Shown: in pieces, positions 19,881 to 30,150 of the stretch
How the letters are laid out: each line of letters begins with the position of its first letter
Position numbering within the stretch: position 1 is the first letter of the stretch
Origin: a bacterium
GTDB taxonomy: Bacteria > UBA10199 > 2-02-FULL-44-16 > JAAZCA01
Length of the DNA stretch: 64,000 bases
Direction of reading: 5' to 3'
Assembly: GCA_963674695.2 (NCBI GenBank)
Contig: CAXXGI010000001.1
Coordinates: 864,001 to 928,000, forward strand
The notes under the pieces: model-generated
The model's input: only the letters and a program-made list of their open reading frames with translations
What the model was told of the DNA's origin: nothing
Database searches by the model: none
Position numbers and translations under genes: made by a program

Positions 19881-20981
19881 CTACGAAATAAGTTTTAAAC
19901 TCTCTTCCGCAATGCAGCGTGCCGCATCCGGATGACCCGCTTTCGCAAGCGCCGCGCGCATGTGCTCCATCAGGTTCGGCGTCGACAACAGGTGGCGCAC
20001 TTCATAGGCCAGACGCTGACCCGTGCAGGCCGTATCGTTGATGAGTACCGCCCCGCCTACTCGCACCAGCGCCAGGGCATTGGCCCGTTGGTGATCGTCG
20101 GCGGCATACGGATAGGGGACCAGGATCGACGGAATGCCGAGGGCGGCGACCTCCGCCACGGTCCCAGCGCCGGAACGCGCGATGACCAGATCGGCCTTGG
20201 CATAGCACTCCCAGATGCGATCGCAGAAGGGGAAGACCTCCGCATCAAGACCCGCGTCGGCATAGCTGCTCCGAATCGCCTCGACATCGTCGTTGGCGCC
20301 CGCCTGGTGCAAGAGCCGCACCGTGCCCTCCAGCTGCGCGATCTCGCCCGCCGCCTGGGCCATGGCCCGGTTGAGCGTGCGTGCGCCCTGCGAACCCCCG
20401 AAGACGAAGAGGGTGAGCGACTGCGCATCGCCGGATGCCTCCCGGCGCGTCTCGACCACCTCGCGGCGAATCGGGTTTCCCGTGACGATCGCGCGGCCCG
20501 GCGCGAAAAAACGCCGCGCCTCATCGAAGGCGACGCAGACGCGTCGCGCAAAGCGACCCAACAAACGGTTGGTCATGCCGGCGATCGCATTCGGCTCGAC
20601 GATCACGATGGGTACGCGCAGGATCCAGGCGGCCACACAGATGGGGCCTGCCACGTATCCCCCGATGCTGATCACAAGGCGAGGCCGCTCGCGGTGCACG
20701 AGTTTCAAGGCACGCACGATCGCAACCGGAAGACTCGCCCAGGCGACCAGATGACCAAAACCCTTGCGATCCTTGATCGAGTGGGCCGACATCACCGCAA
20801 GGCGATAGCCCTGAGGAGGAACGAGCGTCGCCTCCACACCGCGTTCGGTGCCGACGAAGAAGATCTCGGCCTCCGGACGCAAGCGCGCCACCTCGGCCGC
20901 GACCGCCAGGCCCGGGAAGACATGCCCGCCCGTGCCGCCTGCCGCGATAAGCACCTTGAGCTGTTTCGCTTCTTTCGTCAT
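19881..20981 (-). CDS. murG: Undecaprenyldiphospho-muramoylpentapeptide GlcNAc transferase
   Basis: GGTGGHVFP, TGNPIR, GGSQGA, RSGAGTVAE, HQRANA. Confidence 0.97.
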   Translation of the reverse strand: MTKEAKQLKVLIAAGGTGGHVFPGLAVAAEVARLRPEAEIFFVGTERGVEATLVPPQGYRLAVMSAHSIKDRKGFGHLVAWASLPVAIVRALKLVHRERPRLVISIGGYVAGPICVAAWILRVPIVIVEPNAIAGMTNRLLGRFARRVCVAFDEARRFFAPGRAIVTGNPIRREVVETRREASGDAQSLTLFVFGGSQGARTLNRAMAQAAGEIAQLEGTVRLLHQAGANDDVEAIRSSYADAGLDAEVFPFCDRIWECYAKADLVIARSGAGTVAEVAALGIPSILVPYPYAADDHQRANALALVRVGGAVLINDTACTGQRLAYEVRHLLSTPNLMEHMRAALAKAGHPDAARCIAEESLKLIS

Positions 20982-21032
20982 CTCACCCCTCTGCCTTCCT
21001 CGCCCTTCACCCTTCGTCTTTCGCTTCCCACC

Positions 21033-22169
21033 CTACCATGCCCGATCCACTCGCTTATAGGTCGAGAGGTTGAGCAAAATTCCAACCGCTGTCAGCGACA
21101 TCACCAGCGACGATCCGCCATAGCTGATAAAGGGCAGCGCCAACCCCTTGGTGGGCAAAAGCCCCATGACGACCCCCATGTTGAGCACGCCGCCGAGCAC
21201 GACCAACATCGTGCAGCCGATCGCGAGATACCGTCCGAAGAGATCCGGCGCATCCAATGCGATGCGCAGGCCCCGATAACAGAAGAACCCGAAGAGCACG
21301 ATCACGAAGATCACGCCCACGAGCCCCAACTCCTCCCCGACGACGGAGAAGATAAAATCGGTATGCGCCTCGGGCAAGTAGAAGAGCTTCTGTTGGCCCT
21401 GCCCCAGACCGCGCCCGAACCAGCCCCCCTCGTTGAAGGCGACGAACGACTGGATCATCTGAAAACCCGACCCGTACTGATCGTCCCACGGGTTGAGAAA
21501 GGCCAACACGCGCTGACGTCGATAGGGGGAAGAGGCCACCAACATCACCGCGATCGGAATGGCCGCCCCCAACATCCCCAGCAGATACGGAAGCCGTACG
21601 CCCGCGACGTACATCATCAACCAGGTGATGATGGTGATGGTCACCGCCGCACCGAAGTCGCGCTGGTAGAGGATGCAGGACGCGACCACCCCCATGAAGA
21701 GGACGTGCGGCAGAAACCCGACGCCGAAGCTCCTGATCCGCCGCGACTTCTTCTCGAGCGAATAGGCCAGGAAGATGATCATCGCGATTTTGGCCGCCTC
21801 CGAGGGCTGGAAGGTGACGGGGCCGACGCGCAACCAGCGCGTCGCGCCACCGATGGTGCGTCCCACGCCCGGAATGTAGACGGCCAGCACCAACCCCAAC
21901 GCCCCCAGGAGAATCGGATAGACCAGGCGCCGATACTGCCCGTAGGAGAAGCGCGTCGCCAGCGTCATGAACGTAAAGCCGATGCAGGAGAAGATGATCG
22001 TCCGCTTGAGGAAAAAATAGCTGTCCGAATAACGCTCCTGCGCCAAGACCGCGCTGGCGCTGTAGGTGATGGTGACGCCGATGCCCACCAACATGATCAC
22101 GCAGAAGAGCAGCCACGAGTCGATGTGGACGCGCTGGTAGTCGTGTTGTTCGAAGTCGTTTCGCATCAC
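21033..22169 (-). CDS. ftsW: Peptidoglycan polymerase FtsW
   Basis: GATRW, FQPSE, LPEAHTDFIF, PTKGLALPFISYGGSS. Confidence 0.97.
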   Translation of the reverse strand: MMRNDFEQHDYQRVHIDSWLLFCVIMLVGIGVTITYSASAVLAQERYSDSYFFLKRTIIFSCIGFTFMTLATRFSYGQYRRLVYPILLGALGLVLAVYIPGVGRTIGGATRWLRVGPVTFQPSEAAKIAMIIFLAYSLEKKSRRIRSFGVGFLPHVLFMGVVASCILYQRDFGAAVTITIITWLMMYVAGVRLPYLLGMLGAAIPIAVMLVASSPYRRQRVLAFLNPWDDQYGSGFQMIQSFVAFNEGGWFGRGLGQGQQKLFYLPEAHTDFIFSVVGEELGLVGVIFVIVLFGFFCYRGLRIALDAPDLFGRYLAIGCTMLVVLGGVLNMGVVMGLLPTKGLALPFISYGGSSLVMSLTAVGILLNLSTYKRVDRAW

Positions 22170-22174
22170 ATCCC

Positions 22175-23512
22175 TTATGCATGAAGCCCTTTGACCGCGG
22201 CTTGAAACGCCTCGCCGCGGCGAGCGTAATTCTCGAACATATCGAAGCTGGCGCAGGCCGGAGAGAGCAGAACGACATCGCCGGATTGCGCTTCATCCGC
22301 CGCCCAGCGAACCGCCTCCTCCATCGTCTGGGCGCGCGCGATCGGCGCGACATCCCGCAGCGCCTCCTCCATCTCGTCGGCGGCCTCACCGATGAGGATC
22401 GCCTGCCGAACCCGCCCGCGCATCGCATCGGAGAGCTCGGAGAAGTTTGCCCCCTTGGCGACCCCGCCAGCGATCAGCACGATCGGACGGGAAAACGCGC
22501 GAATCGCCTGAATGGTCGCGCCGACGTTGGTCCCTTTCGAATCGTCGATAAAGCGCACGCCCTCGATTTCGTCGATGAAGGTAAGCCGATGCGCAAGTCC
22601 CGCAAAACTCGAAAGTCCTGCGCGCAACGCCTCCGGCTCCGCCCCCAGAAGCCGCGTCGCGATCAGCGCCGCGAGCATGTTCTCCTGGTTGTGCCGACCG
22701 AGGAGCTGTGCCGTGGAGATATCGTAGCGTTCGGGCTCTCCCCCGGGGAGCTGCACCACGAGCGCATCCCCATCGAGGGCAGCCGCCGCATCGAACGGCA
22801 TCATCCGACAGGTCGCCGTGCGCACCGCATCGCACACCACCGGATCGGCGGCATTGACCACCGCCCACCCCTGCCGGGGCACCTGATGGATGAGCTGCGC
22901 CTTGGCCGCGACATAGGCGGCAAACGACCCATGACGATCGAGGTGATCGGGAGTCGCATTGAGCCAGATGGCAACCTGAGGTGCGAGCGACGGCGTCGTC
23001 TCGATCTGAAAACTCGACACCTCCAGGACCACCACCTCGGCGCGATTGGCCGCTTCGAGATCTTCCAGAATCGGCGTTCCGATATTGCCCGCCACCAGGG
23101 GGGCGAGTCCCGCGCGCTCGAGCAGATGTCCGATGAGCGCCGTGGTCGTCGTCTTGCCATTGGTCCCGGTCACCGCGACGATGGGCCGCACGATGCGTTG
23201 TACGGCCAGTTCCATCTCGCCGACGACGGCCAAGCCGCGCGCACGCGCCGCCTGAATGCTCGGCAGGTCGAGGGGAACGCCTGGGCTGACGATCAGACAG
23301 GCAGCCTCATCGGAAATGACCGGATCGCGCTGACCCAACGACCAGGTCACCGGCAACCCCGTCAACTTCTCGCGCACCTGTGCGAGCTCGGCCTCTCCCT
23401 TTTCATCGCAACACTGCACGCGCGCACCGTGGGCCACACAGAACCGCGCCGCAGCGACACCGGAACGCCCCATCCCGATCACAACGACCTTTTTTCCCTC
23501 GAGCGCGATCAT
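22175..23512 (-). CDS. murD: UDP-MurNAc-L-Ala--D-glutamate ligase
   Basis: SPGVP, TGTNGKTTTT, EVSSFQ, DHLDRH, DDSKGTN, LLSPACASFDMF. Confidence 0.97.
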   Translation of the reverse strand: MIALEGKKVVVIGMGRSGVAAARFCVAHGARVQCCDEKGEAELAQVREKLTGLPVTWSLGQRDPVISDEAACLIVSPGVPLDLPSIQAARARGLAVVGEMELAVQRIVRPIVAVTGTNGKTTTTALIGHLLERAGLAPLVAGNIGTPILEDLEAANRAEVVVLEVSSFQIETTPSLAPQVAIWLNATPDHLDRHGSFAAYVAAKAQLIHQVPRQGWAVVNAADPVVCDAVRTATCRMMPFDAAAALDGDALVVQLPGGEPERYDISTAQLLGRHNQENMLAALIATRLLGAEPEALRAGLSSFAGLAHRLTFIDEIEGVRFIDDSKGTNVGATIQAIRAFSRPIVLIAGGVAKGANFSELSDAMRGRVRQAILIGEAADEMEEALRDVAPIARAQTMEEAVRWAADEAQSGDVVLLSPACASFDMFENYARRGEAFQAAVKGLHA

Positions 23513-23588
23513 CCTCTTCCTTCGTCGACTGCCGCCTTGGCCGTCGGCTCACTGTTCACCGTTTACGATTCACCGTTCACCATTTTCA

Positions 23589-24665
23589 TCACCTCAGTTT
23601 CAACGTCGCCAAGCTCGCCAGCGCCAGGATCATCGCGATGATCCAGAAACGCACGATCACCTTCGACTCGGGCCACCCCTTCAACTCAAAGTGGTGGTGC
23701 AGAGGCGCCATGCGAAAGACGCGCCTGCCCGTCAGCTTGAACGAAATAACCTGCGTGATGACCGAGAGCGTCTCCAAGACGAAGATGCCCCCGATGAGCA
23801 CGAGCAAAATTTCATTCTTCGTCACCACCGCGACATACCCGAGCAGCGCCCCGAGCGGAAGGGAGCCCACATCCCCCATGAAGATCGACGCGGGATGCGA
23901 GTTGTACCAGAGGAACCCGACCAGCGCCCCCACGACCGCCGCGCAGGCCACCGCCAACTCGCCGCTGCCGGTCACCGCCGGGACAGAGAGGTAGCCGGCG
24001 ATCTGCGCATGTCCGGCGATGTAGGCCAGAACCCCATAGGCGAGAAAGGCAACCATCGAGGGGACGCTCACCAACCCATCGAGACCGTCGGTCAGGTTGA
24101 CCGCATTGGAGGCCCCCACCACCACGAGCACCGCAAACGGGATGGCCACCCAACCCAGATCGGGGGTGAGCCCCTTGAAGAAGGGAACGGCGAGGATGCG
24201 CGACAGGCCGATCACATCGTAGAGGATGAGCATGAGCACCGTCGCCACCAGGAGCTGGATCGGAAATTTCCAACGCGCCCGCAACCCCTTGGGATCGCGC
24301 AGGATCACCTTGCGATAGTCGTCGATAAAACCGATGAGGCCAAACCCTATGATGACGCCGATGCCCAGCAGAACGAACGGATCCAAAAAACGCGACCAGA
24401 GCAGCATGGAGATGAGGACCGAACCCCAGACGAGCAGGCCCCCCATCGTCGGCGTCCCGCTCTTATCCATATGGGTCACCGGACCGTCGTCGCGCACCGT
24501 CTGCCAAAACTGCTTTCGCGAGAGGATCGCGATGAGTTTTTTTCCAAAGAGAAAATAGATGAGCATCGCCGTAAAGGCGGCCATCAACATGCGAAAGGTG
24601 ATGTAGCGAAAGACGTTGAACCCAACGAATGTCTCCCGCAGCGGATAGAGCAGATAATAAATCAT
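23589..24665 (-). CDS. mraY: Phospho-N-acetylmuramoyl-pentapeptide transferase
   Basis: GTPTMGG, NAVNLTDGLDGL, FMGDVGS, MAPLHHHFE. Confidence 0.98.
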   Translation of the reverse strand: MIYYLLYPLRETFVGFNVFRYITFRMLMAAFTAMLIYFLFGKKLIAILSRKQFWQTVRDDGPVTHMDKSGTPTMGGLLVWGSVLISMLLWSRFLDPFVLLGIGVIIGFGLIGFIDDYRKVILRDPKGLRARWKFPIQLLVATVLMLILYDVIGLSRILAVPFFKGLTPDLGWVAIPFAVLVVVGASNAVNLTDGLDGLVSVPSMVAFLAYGVLAYIAGHAQIAGYLSVPAVTGSGELAVACAAVVGALVGFLWYNSHPASIFMGDVGSLPLGALLGYVAVVTKNEILLVLIGGIFVLETLSVITQVISFKLTGRRVFRMAPLHHHFELKGWPESKVIVRFWIIAMILALASLATLKLR

Positions 24666-24730
24666 GGTTCATCCTTCGTGGTTCGTTATTCGTGGTTCGT
24701 GTTTCGTCATTCGAACAACGAATAACGGCT

Positions 24731-26119
24731 TTAACCCATGCCGATCGTTTCCTTGAGATGACTCACCGCGCGTTCCATCCGCATACCGCGCGACCCCTTC
24801 ACCAGCAGCACATCGCCCGTGCGCAGCGTCTCCATCAACCACGCGATGAGTTCCTCCATCGTGCTGCACGCCTGCACCGCCTTTGCGGGAAGCCCCGCCT
24901 CGCGCGCGCCAGCGGCCACCGCCTCAGCGAATGTCCCCAGCGTCACCAACTGTTCCACGCCCATACAGACCGCGTCATGCCCCAGCTGCCGATGGAGCGC
25001 TGCCGCCTGATCGCCCATCTCGAGCATATCGCCAAGCGCCGCGACAAAGTGTCCGGCCCGACGAGCCGCACCGACCGCGCGAAAGGCCGCGCGCATCGAC
25101 TCAGGATTGGCGTTATAGGAGTCGTTCACAAGCCGCACGCCGTCCATGAGCTGAATGCGCTCAAAGCGCATGGGCATCGGTCGAAACTGTTCCAGACGAT
25201 GGGCGGATTCATTCACATCCATCCCCAACGCCACTCCCACAGCGATCGCCGCCATCGCGTTCATCACATTGTGTGCGCCGGGCACCGGAAGGCGCAGTTC
25301 GACCTCATGGCCATGCACCGCAAGTTTAAGCTGCATCGCCTCGAGCCCCTCGGTCTCCATGTGGAGAAAGCGCACGTCGTGATCGTTCTGCATGCCGAAG
25401 GTGATGCGCGGACCGCGACGAAGAGCAGCCATCTTCATCACCCATGGGTCCTCGCCGTTGACGACGATGAAGGCGTGCGGACCCATCTCCTGAAAGAGTT
25501 CGGCCTTAGCCCTGGCGACCGCTTCGACGGTATGCAGCTTCTCCAGGTGCGCTGCGGTGACGTTCGTGATCACGCCGATGGTAGGACGCGCGATCTGTGC
25601 CAACCGCGCGATCTCGCCGGGTGCATTCATTCCCATCTCGATGACCGCCACCGCATGTTCCGACTTCCAGCGAAGCACGGTCAGCGGCATCCCGATGAGG
25701 TTGTTGAAGTTCCCCTCCGTCTTGAGGACCTCACCGGCCTGTGCGAGCACGGCAGCGATCATCTCCTTGGTCGTCGACTTGCCGTTGCTTCCGGTGACCG
25801 CCACGCAGGGGACGTCGAACCGACTGCGCCACCAGAAGGCGAGATCTCCGAGCGCCTGCACCGTGTCCTCGACGGCGATGGCCGGCAGCATCGGCGGGAG
25901 CGCGTGTCCCTGGTGCACGATGGCAGCCGAGACCTCTTTGCGCTTGGCCTCTTCCAAAAAGTCGTGTCCGTCAAAATGCGCGCCCGGGATGGCGACGTAG
26001 AGTTCGCGCGGCGCGATCGTGCGCGTATCGATGCCAACCCCTTCGCCATAGACCATCTCATCGCCCTGAATGATGCGACCGCCGACGACCTGTGTAATGT
26101 CTCCGAGACGAAAGCGCAT
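24731..26119 (-). CDS. murF: UDP-MurNAc-tripeptide--D-Ala-D-Ala ligase
   Basis: TGSNGKSTTKE, NFNNLIG, EMGMN, DSYNANPES, LVKGSRG. Confidence 0.97.
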   Translation of the reverse strand: MRFRLGDITQVVGGRIIQGDEMVYGEGVGIDTRTIAPRELYVAIPGAHFDGHDFLEEAKRKEVSAAIVHQGHALPPMLPAIAVEDTVQALGDLAFWWRSRFDVPCVAVTGSNGKSTTKEMIAAVLAQAGEVLKTEGNFNNLIGMPLTVLRWKSEHAVAVIEMGMNAPGEIARLAQIARPTIGVITNVTAAHLEKLHTVEAVARAKAELFQEMGPHAFIVVNGEDPWVMKMAALRRGPRITFGMQNDHDVRFLHMETEGLEAMQLKLAVHGHEVELRLPVPGAHNVMNAMAAIAVGVALGMDVNESAHRLEQFRPMPMRFERIQLMDGVRLVNDSYNANPESMRAAFRAVGAARRAGHFVAALGDMLEMGDQAAALHRQLGHDAVCMGVEQLVTLGTFAEAVAAGAREAGLPAKAVQACSTMEELIAWLMETLRTGDVLLVKGSRGMRMERAVSHLKETIGMG

Positions 26120-26121
26120 TT

Positions 26122-27642
26122 TTATGCTCCGCAATCTGCTGCACATCCTGCACCCTGCAGAAATTCACGCAACACCGCACGATCGTCGAATGAACGACGC
26201 TCATGCCCAACAATCTGATAATCCTCGTGCCCCTTGCCCGCGACGAGCAACACATCGCCCAGCCGCGACGCTTTCACCGCGCGTTCGATCGCCGCACGTC
26301 GATCGATGATGACCTCAAACCCACGGTCCCCTGCAAACGGCATCGCCTTGTCGCAAACGCCGGGGAGAATCTCCTCGATGATGGCCGCAGGATCCTCCGT
26401 GCGCGGGTTATCGCTCGTGACGATCACCACATCGGCGCCAACAGCGACCGCACGACCCATCAGCGGACGCTTGGCGCGATCGCGATCGCCGCCACAGCCG
26501 AAGACGACAACAAGACGTCCGCCCGCCGGGGCGACGAGTTCCCGCGCATGCGCGACGACATTCTCGAGCGCGTCGGGGGTATGGGCATAATCGACAATCG
26601 CGAGCACGCCGCGGTCGTTGGGCACCGCCTCAAAGCGACCCGGCACGGCGCGCATCCCTTCGAGCGCCCGCTGGATCACCGAAGCCTCGATGCCACACCG
26701 CCACGCCACCGCCACCGCAGCCAGGACGTTGGAGGCGTTGAAGCGTCCGCACAGGGGCGTGCGACACGCCCACATGCCGTCGGGCGTAGCGATCGTCATG
26801 CCGATTCCCGCCGCATCGCAGAAGAGATCATAGCCGCGCACGTCGGCGTCATGTTCCAATCCGTAGCGCACGACCGGAACCGTGAGTCGCGCGGCAAGCT
26901 CGCGGCCGCGCGGATCATCGACATTGATCACCGCATGGGCCCCATCCTTCCCCTCATGCGTCAGCCGCTCCTCGAAGAGGCGTGCCTTCGCGGCGAAATA
27001 GGTCTCCATATCCCCGTGGTAATCGAGATGCTCCGGTGTGAGATTCGTAAAGACCGCCGCATCGAATTGACACCCCGTCGCGCGCTCCTGTTCGAGTGCA
27101 TGCGAGCTGACCTCCATGGCACACGCATCGACCCCCGCATCCACCATATCGCGCAGGAGTCGTTGCAGATCGAGCGAGAGCGGCGTGGTATGCGGCGCGC
27201 GAAATGATTGGCCCGCATAGCGATAGGCGACGGTCCCGATGACGCCTGGACGACGGCCCGCCTCGGCCAGGATCGCCTCGAGGATCCAGGTGGTGGTGGT
27301 CTTGCCGTTCGTCCCGGTCACGCCGATCAGACACATCTCGCCGGAGGGATCGCGCAGCAACCGCACGGCCATGTGCGCGAGCGCAATCGTTGCCGACGGC
27401 ACCAGCACGAGCGTCGTCCCCGCGGGCACGGATATCTCGCGCTCGGCGACGATGGCGACCGCACCGCGGGCCACGGCATCGGGAATGTAGTCATGGCCGT
27501 CGACCCGAGAGCCCGGCATAGCGACGAAACAGACGCCCGCAGAAACCGCATCGGAACGATAGGCGAGATCGGAAATCGCCACACCGCCTTCACCGATCAC
27601 GCGCGCGCCCTCGAGATCCTGTATCAACTCATTTAATCGCAT
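26122..27642 (-). CDS. murE: UDP-MurNAc-dipeptide--meso-diaminopimelate ligase
   Basis: TGTNGKTT, MEVSSH, DYAHTPD, GCGGDRD, DNPR (mDAP specificity), AGKGHE. Confidence 0.97.
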   Translation of the reverse strand: MRLNELIQDLEGARVIGEGGVAISDLAYRSDAVSAGVCFVAMPGSRVDGHDYIPDAVARGAVAIVAEREISVPAGTTLVLVPSATIALAHMAVRLLRDPSGEMCLIGVTGTNGKTTTTWILEAILAEAGRRPGVIGTVAYRYAGQSFRAPHTTPLSLDLQRLLRDMVDAGVDACAMEVSSHALEQERATGCQFDAAVFTNLTPEHLDYHGDMETYFAAKARLFEERLTHEGKDGAHAVINVDDPRGRELAARLTVPVVRYGLEHDADVRGYDLFCDAAGIGMTIATPDGMWACRTPLCGRFNASNVLAAVAVAWRCGIEASVIQRALEGMRAVPGRFEAVPNDRGVLAIVDYAHTPDALENVVAHARELVAPAGGRLVVVFGCGGDRDRAKRPLMGRAVAVGADVVIVTSDNPRTEDPAAIIEEILPGVCDKAMPFAGDRGFEVIIDRRAAIERAVKASRLGDVLLVAGKGHEDYQIVGHERRSFDDRAVLREFLQGAGCAADCGA

Positions 27643-27659
27643 ATGATTCACGCTTCCCG

Positions 27660-29699
27660 TCACAACAACGGGGAAAACTCCACGGTGCAGGTTTCATCAT
27701 CATGCAGGGTCGCTCCCGCCTTTGGCGTCTGTCGCACCGCAAGCCCGGAGCCGACAATCTGCAGATCGATCTGAGCACCCCGCGATGCCTGCAAGACCTG
27801 GCGCATCGAGAGTCCCTGAAAATCAGGGAGACGCCAAGATTGCCCTTCGCGAACGATCGTCCGCTGGCCGATCGCAACCGCCGGCTGCACGGGGACCTCA
27901 TTTCCATCCGCCTCGAGGGATTCCCGCACAACGGCATCGGCCACACCGCGCGCGGGCAACTGCGCCAGCACCGTCTCCGATGCCACCGATGGCTGCCCGG
28001 GGACCTTGAAGTAGGGCAACACCTCTTCGACGATGCTTCGAAATGCGGGCGCGGCCACCTGCCCACCGTAATAGGCGCGGCCACGCGGTTCATCGATGCT
28101 GACATAGACGACGATGCGTGGATCCTGCGCCGGTGCAAACCCGATGAAGGAGGAATGATATTTTCCTTTCACATAGCCGCCGGTGTGCGCATCGGCCTTC
28201 TGCGCCGTTCCCGTCTTGCCCGCCGTATCGTATTCGAGGCTCGCCGCGAGCGTCCCCGTTCCGCCCGGTCCGGTCACACGGGAGAGCAGGCGGCGCATGA
28301 TCGCGGAGGTCTCCGGGCGAATAGGTCGCGCCACCACCTGCGATTCAGTGCTCGAGAGAATCGCACCATCCTCGTCGAGAACGCGTTTGATGATGTAGGG
28401 TTTCATGAGTTTTCCGCCGTTGGCGATAGCGGAGAACGCCATGGACATCTGCAACGGCGTGGCGGCGATCCCCTGACCAAAGGCGATCGTCGCAAACTGC
28501 AGCTCCGACCAGTGCGACTCCGGCGAAAGAATCCCCGCCGATTCGCCGGGCATGCCCAGCGCCGTCTGATTGCCAAATCCGAACGCGAGGATATGCTCCT
28601 CGAGGCGCTTGCGCCCTAAACGCTGCTCCACCTTATAGGCGCCGATATTGCTCGAGACCTTGATGATATCGGCGACCGAGAGCTTCCCGTGTGGATGTGC
28701 ATCGCGCACGACATCGGGCCCGATCGTGATGCGCCCATTTTCGCAGTTGAAGATTTCGTCAACGTCGACCACGCTGTCGTCGATGGCGGAAGCGACCACG
28801 ATCACCTTGAAGGTCGAACCCGGCTCATAGGCATCCATGATCGCATGGTTCTTCCAGTTTTCGATCGCATAGCTCCCATACTCGTTCGGATCGAAGGTCG
28901 GAATGTTCGCCATCGCCAGGATCGCGCCGCTGCGCACATCGATGACCAGGGCCGTTCCCCCGCGCGCGTTGGCATCTTTGACGGCACGCGCGAGCGAACG
29001 CTCGGTGATATACTGCACCGTCTTATCGATGGTCAGCTCCACGTCGCGCAGGCGCACCACGTCTTCTTCTCCAGGCGAGAGATAGAGGTGACCGCGCGCA
29101 TCGCGCTTGAGCTCACCGCTGCTATTCCGCGCGGTGAGCACCTCATCGGCGGCCAGTTCCACGCCGCCGAGCGGCTCGGAATCGAAACCCACCGCGCCCA
29201 GGACGGAGGCCGCCAGCATGCCGTTCGGATAAAAACGTCGGCTCTCGCGCATCATGTGAATTCCCGGGAACCCCATCGCCTGCACCGCCTCCGATTCTTT
29301 CTCCGTCACGCGCCTCTTGACCCAGACGAACTTGCGCTGTCCCGACAAGCGACCCAGGATCTTTCGTCGATCGAGATCAAGCACCGAGGAGAGCGCCTTG
29401 GCCGCCGCAACCGGCTCCTTGATCTCGCGCGGATTGGCGAAAATCGAGTCGGTCATGACATCGATGGCCAACTCACGTCCCGTCGCATCGAGGATGCGAC
29501 CGCGCCGCGTGCTCTGCCGAACGGCGGTGCGATACTGCCGCATCGCGACGCGTTCGAGATGATCGTTGTCCTTCAGGTGAAAGATAACCGCACGGCACAA
29601 CAAAATTCCAAAACAGATCGCAAACAAGCCGCCAACCGCGAATACGCGCTTTGCACTCAGAACATCATCGCTGCGTTCAACGGTTCGATAGCGGGGCAC
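27660..29699 (-). CDS. ftsI: Class B penicillin-binding protein FtsI with C-terminal PASTA domain
   Basis: RGRILD, YEPGSTFK (SxxK), SSN, GKTGTAQK, and PASTA-like LPDFQGLSMRQ. Confidence 0.95.
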   Translation of the reverse strand: MPRYRTVERSDDVLSAKRVFAVGGLFAICFGILLCRAVIFHLKDNDHLERVAMRQYRTAVRQSTRRGRILDATGRELAIDVMTDSIFANPREIKEPVAAAKALSSVLDLDRRKILGRLSGQRKFVWVKRRVTEKESEAVQAMGFPGIHMMRESRRFYPNGMLAASVLGAVGFDSEPLGGVELAADEVLTARNSSGELKRDARGHLYLSPGEEDVVRLRDVELTIDKTVQYITERSLARAVKDANARGGTALVIDVRSGAILAMANIPTFDPNEYGSYAIENWKNHAIMDAYEPGSTFKVIVVASAIDDSVVDVDEIFNCENGRITIGPDVVRDAHPHGKLSVADIIKVSSNIGAYKVEQRLGRKRLEEHILAFGFGNQTALGMPGESAGILSPESHWSELQFATIAFGQGIAATPLQMSMAFSAIANGGKLMKPYIIKRVLDEDGAILSSTESQVVARPIRPETSAIMRRLLSRVTGPGGTGTLAASLEYDTAGKTGTAQKADAHTGGYVKGKYHSSFIGFAPAQDPRIVVYVSIDEPRGRAYYGGQVAAPAFRSIVEEVLPYFKVPGQPSVASETVLAQLPARGVADAVVRESLEADGNEVPVQPAVAIGQRTIVREGQSWRLPDFQGLSMRQVLQASRGAQIDLQIVGSGLAVRQTPKAGATLHDDETCTVEFSPLL

Positions 29700-30114
29700 G
29701 CGTATTCACTCCTTCTTTGTCATTCAGCATCCGGCCTGTGCCTTCATTCGAAACGAAACCATTCGCCTCAGGAACGACCGTCACGATCTCATCGGCCTGC
29801 GGCGGACGCATGCCATAGCGTTCGCGTGCGATGCGCTCCAACCGTTCCGCCCGCTTGAGCGAAGCCACCTCGGCCTGGATCGCGTTGCGCTGTTCCTTCA
29901 AATCCGTCACCTCGCGCCGCAGACGGCTGACGCCATAACCGAGCTGAATCACCTCGATGCGCGTCCAGACGAAGACGAGCGCCAAAACCATGACGACGCC
30001 CAGGAGCATGATGCCATGGCGCAGATGACGACGACGAACCGCCGCCGACTTTCGGGCTACCGGCTGTCGCCGGACCGCACTGAACGCGGGAACACTGTTG
30101 ACCACTGCTCGCAT
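29677..30114 (-). CDS. ftsL: Cell division protein FtsL
   Basis: TM helix, coiled coil, RLERIARERYGM; located between rsmH and ftsI. Confidence 0.88.
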   Translation of the reverse strand: MRAVVNSVPAFSAVRRQPVARKSAAVRRRHLRHGIMLLGVVMVLALVFVWTRIEVIQLGYGVSRLRREVTDLKEQRNAIQAEVASLKRAERLERIARERYGMRPPQADEIVTVVPEANGFVSNEGTGRMLNDKEGVNTRAPLSNR

Positions 30115-30150
30115 CCTGTCGCCCGCTCCTCTCAGACCCGTCGCCAGAGA

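Noticed and set aside
19932-22184. 750-aa plus-strand ORF and similar long antisense ORFs (331-1896, 6590-8182, 14766-16427, 24629-26218, 37864-39924)
   Set aside because: These are shadow frames of well-identified genes in high-GC DNA, with no motifs.
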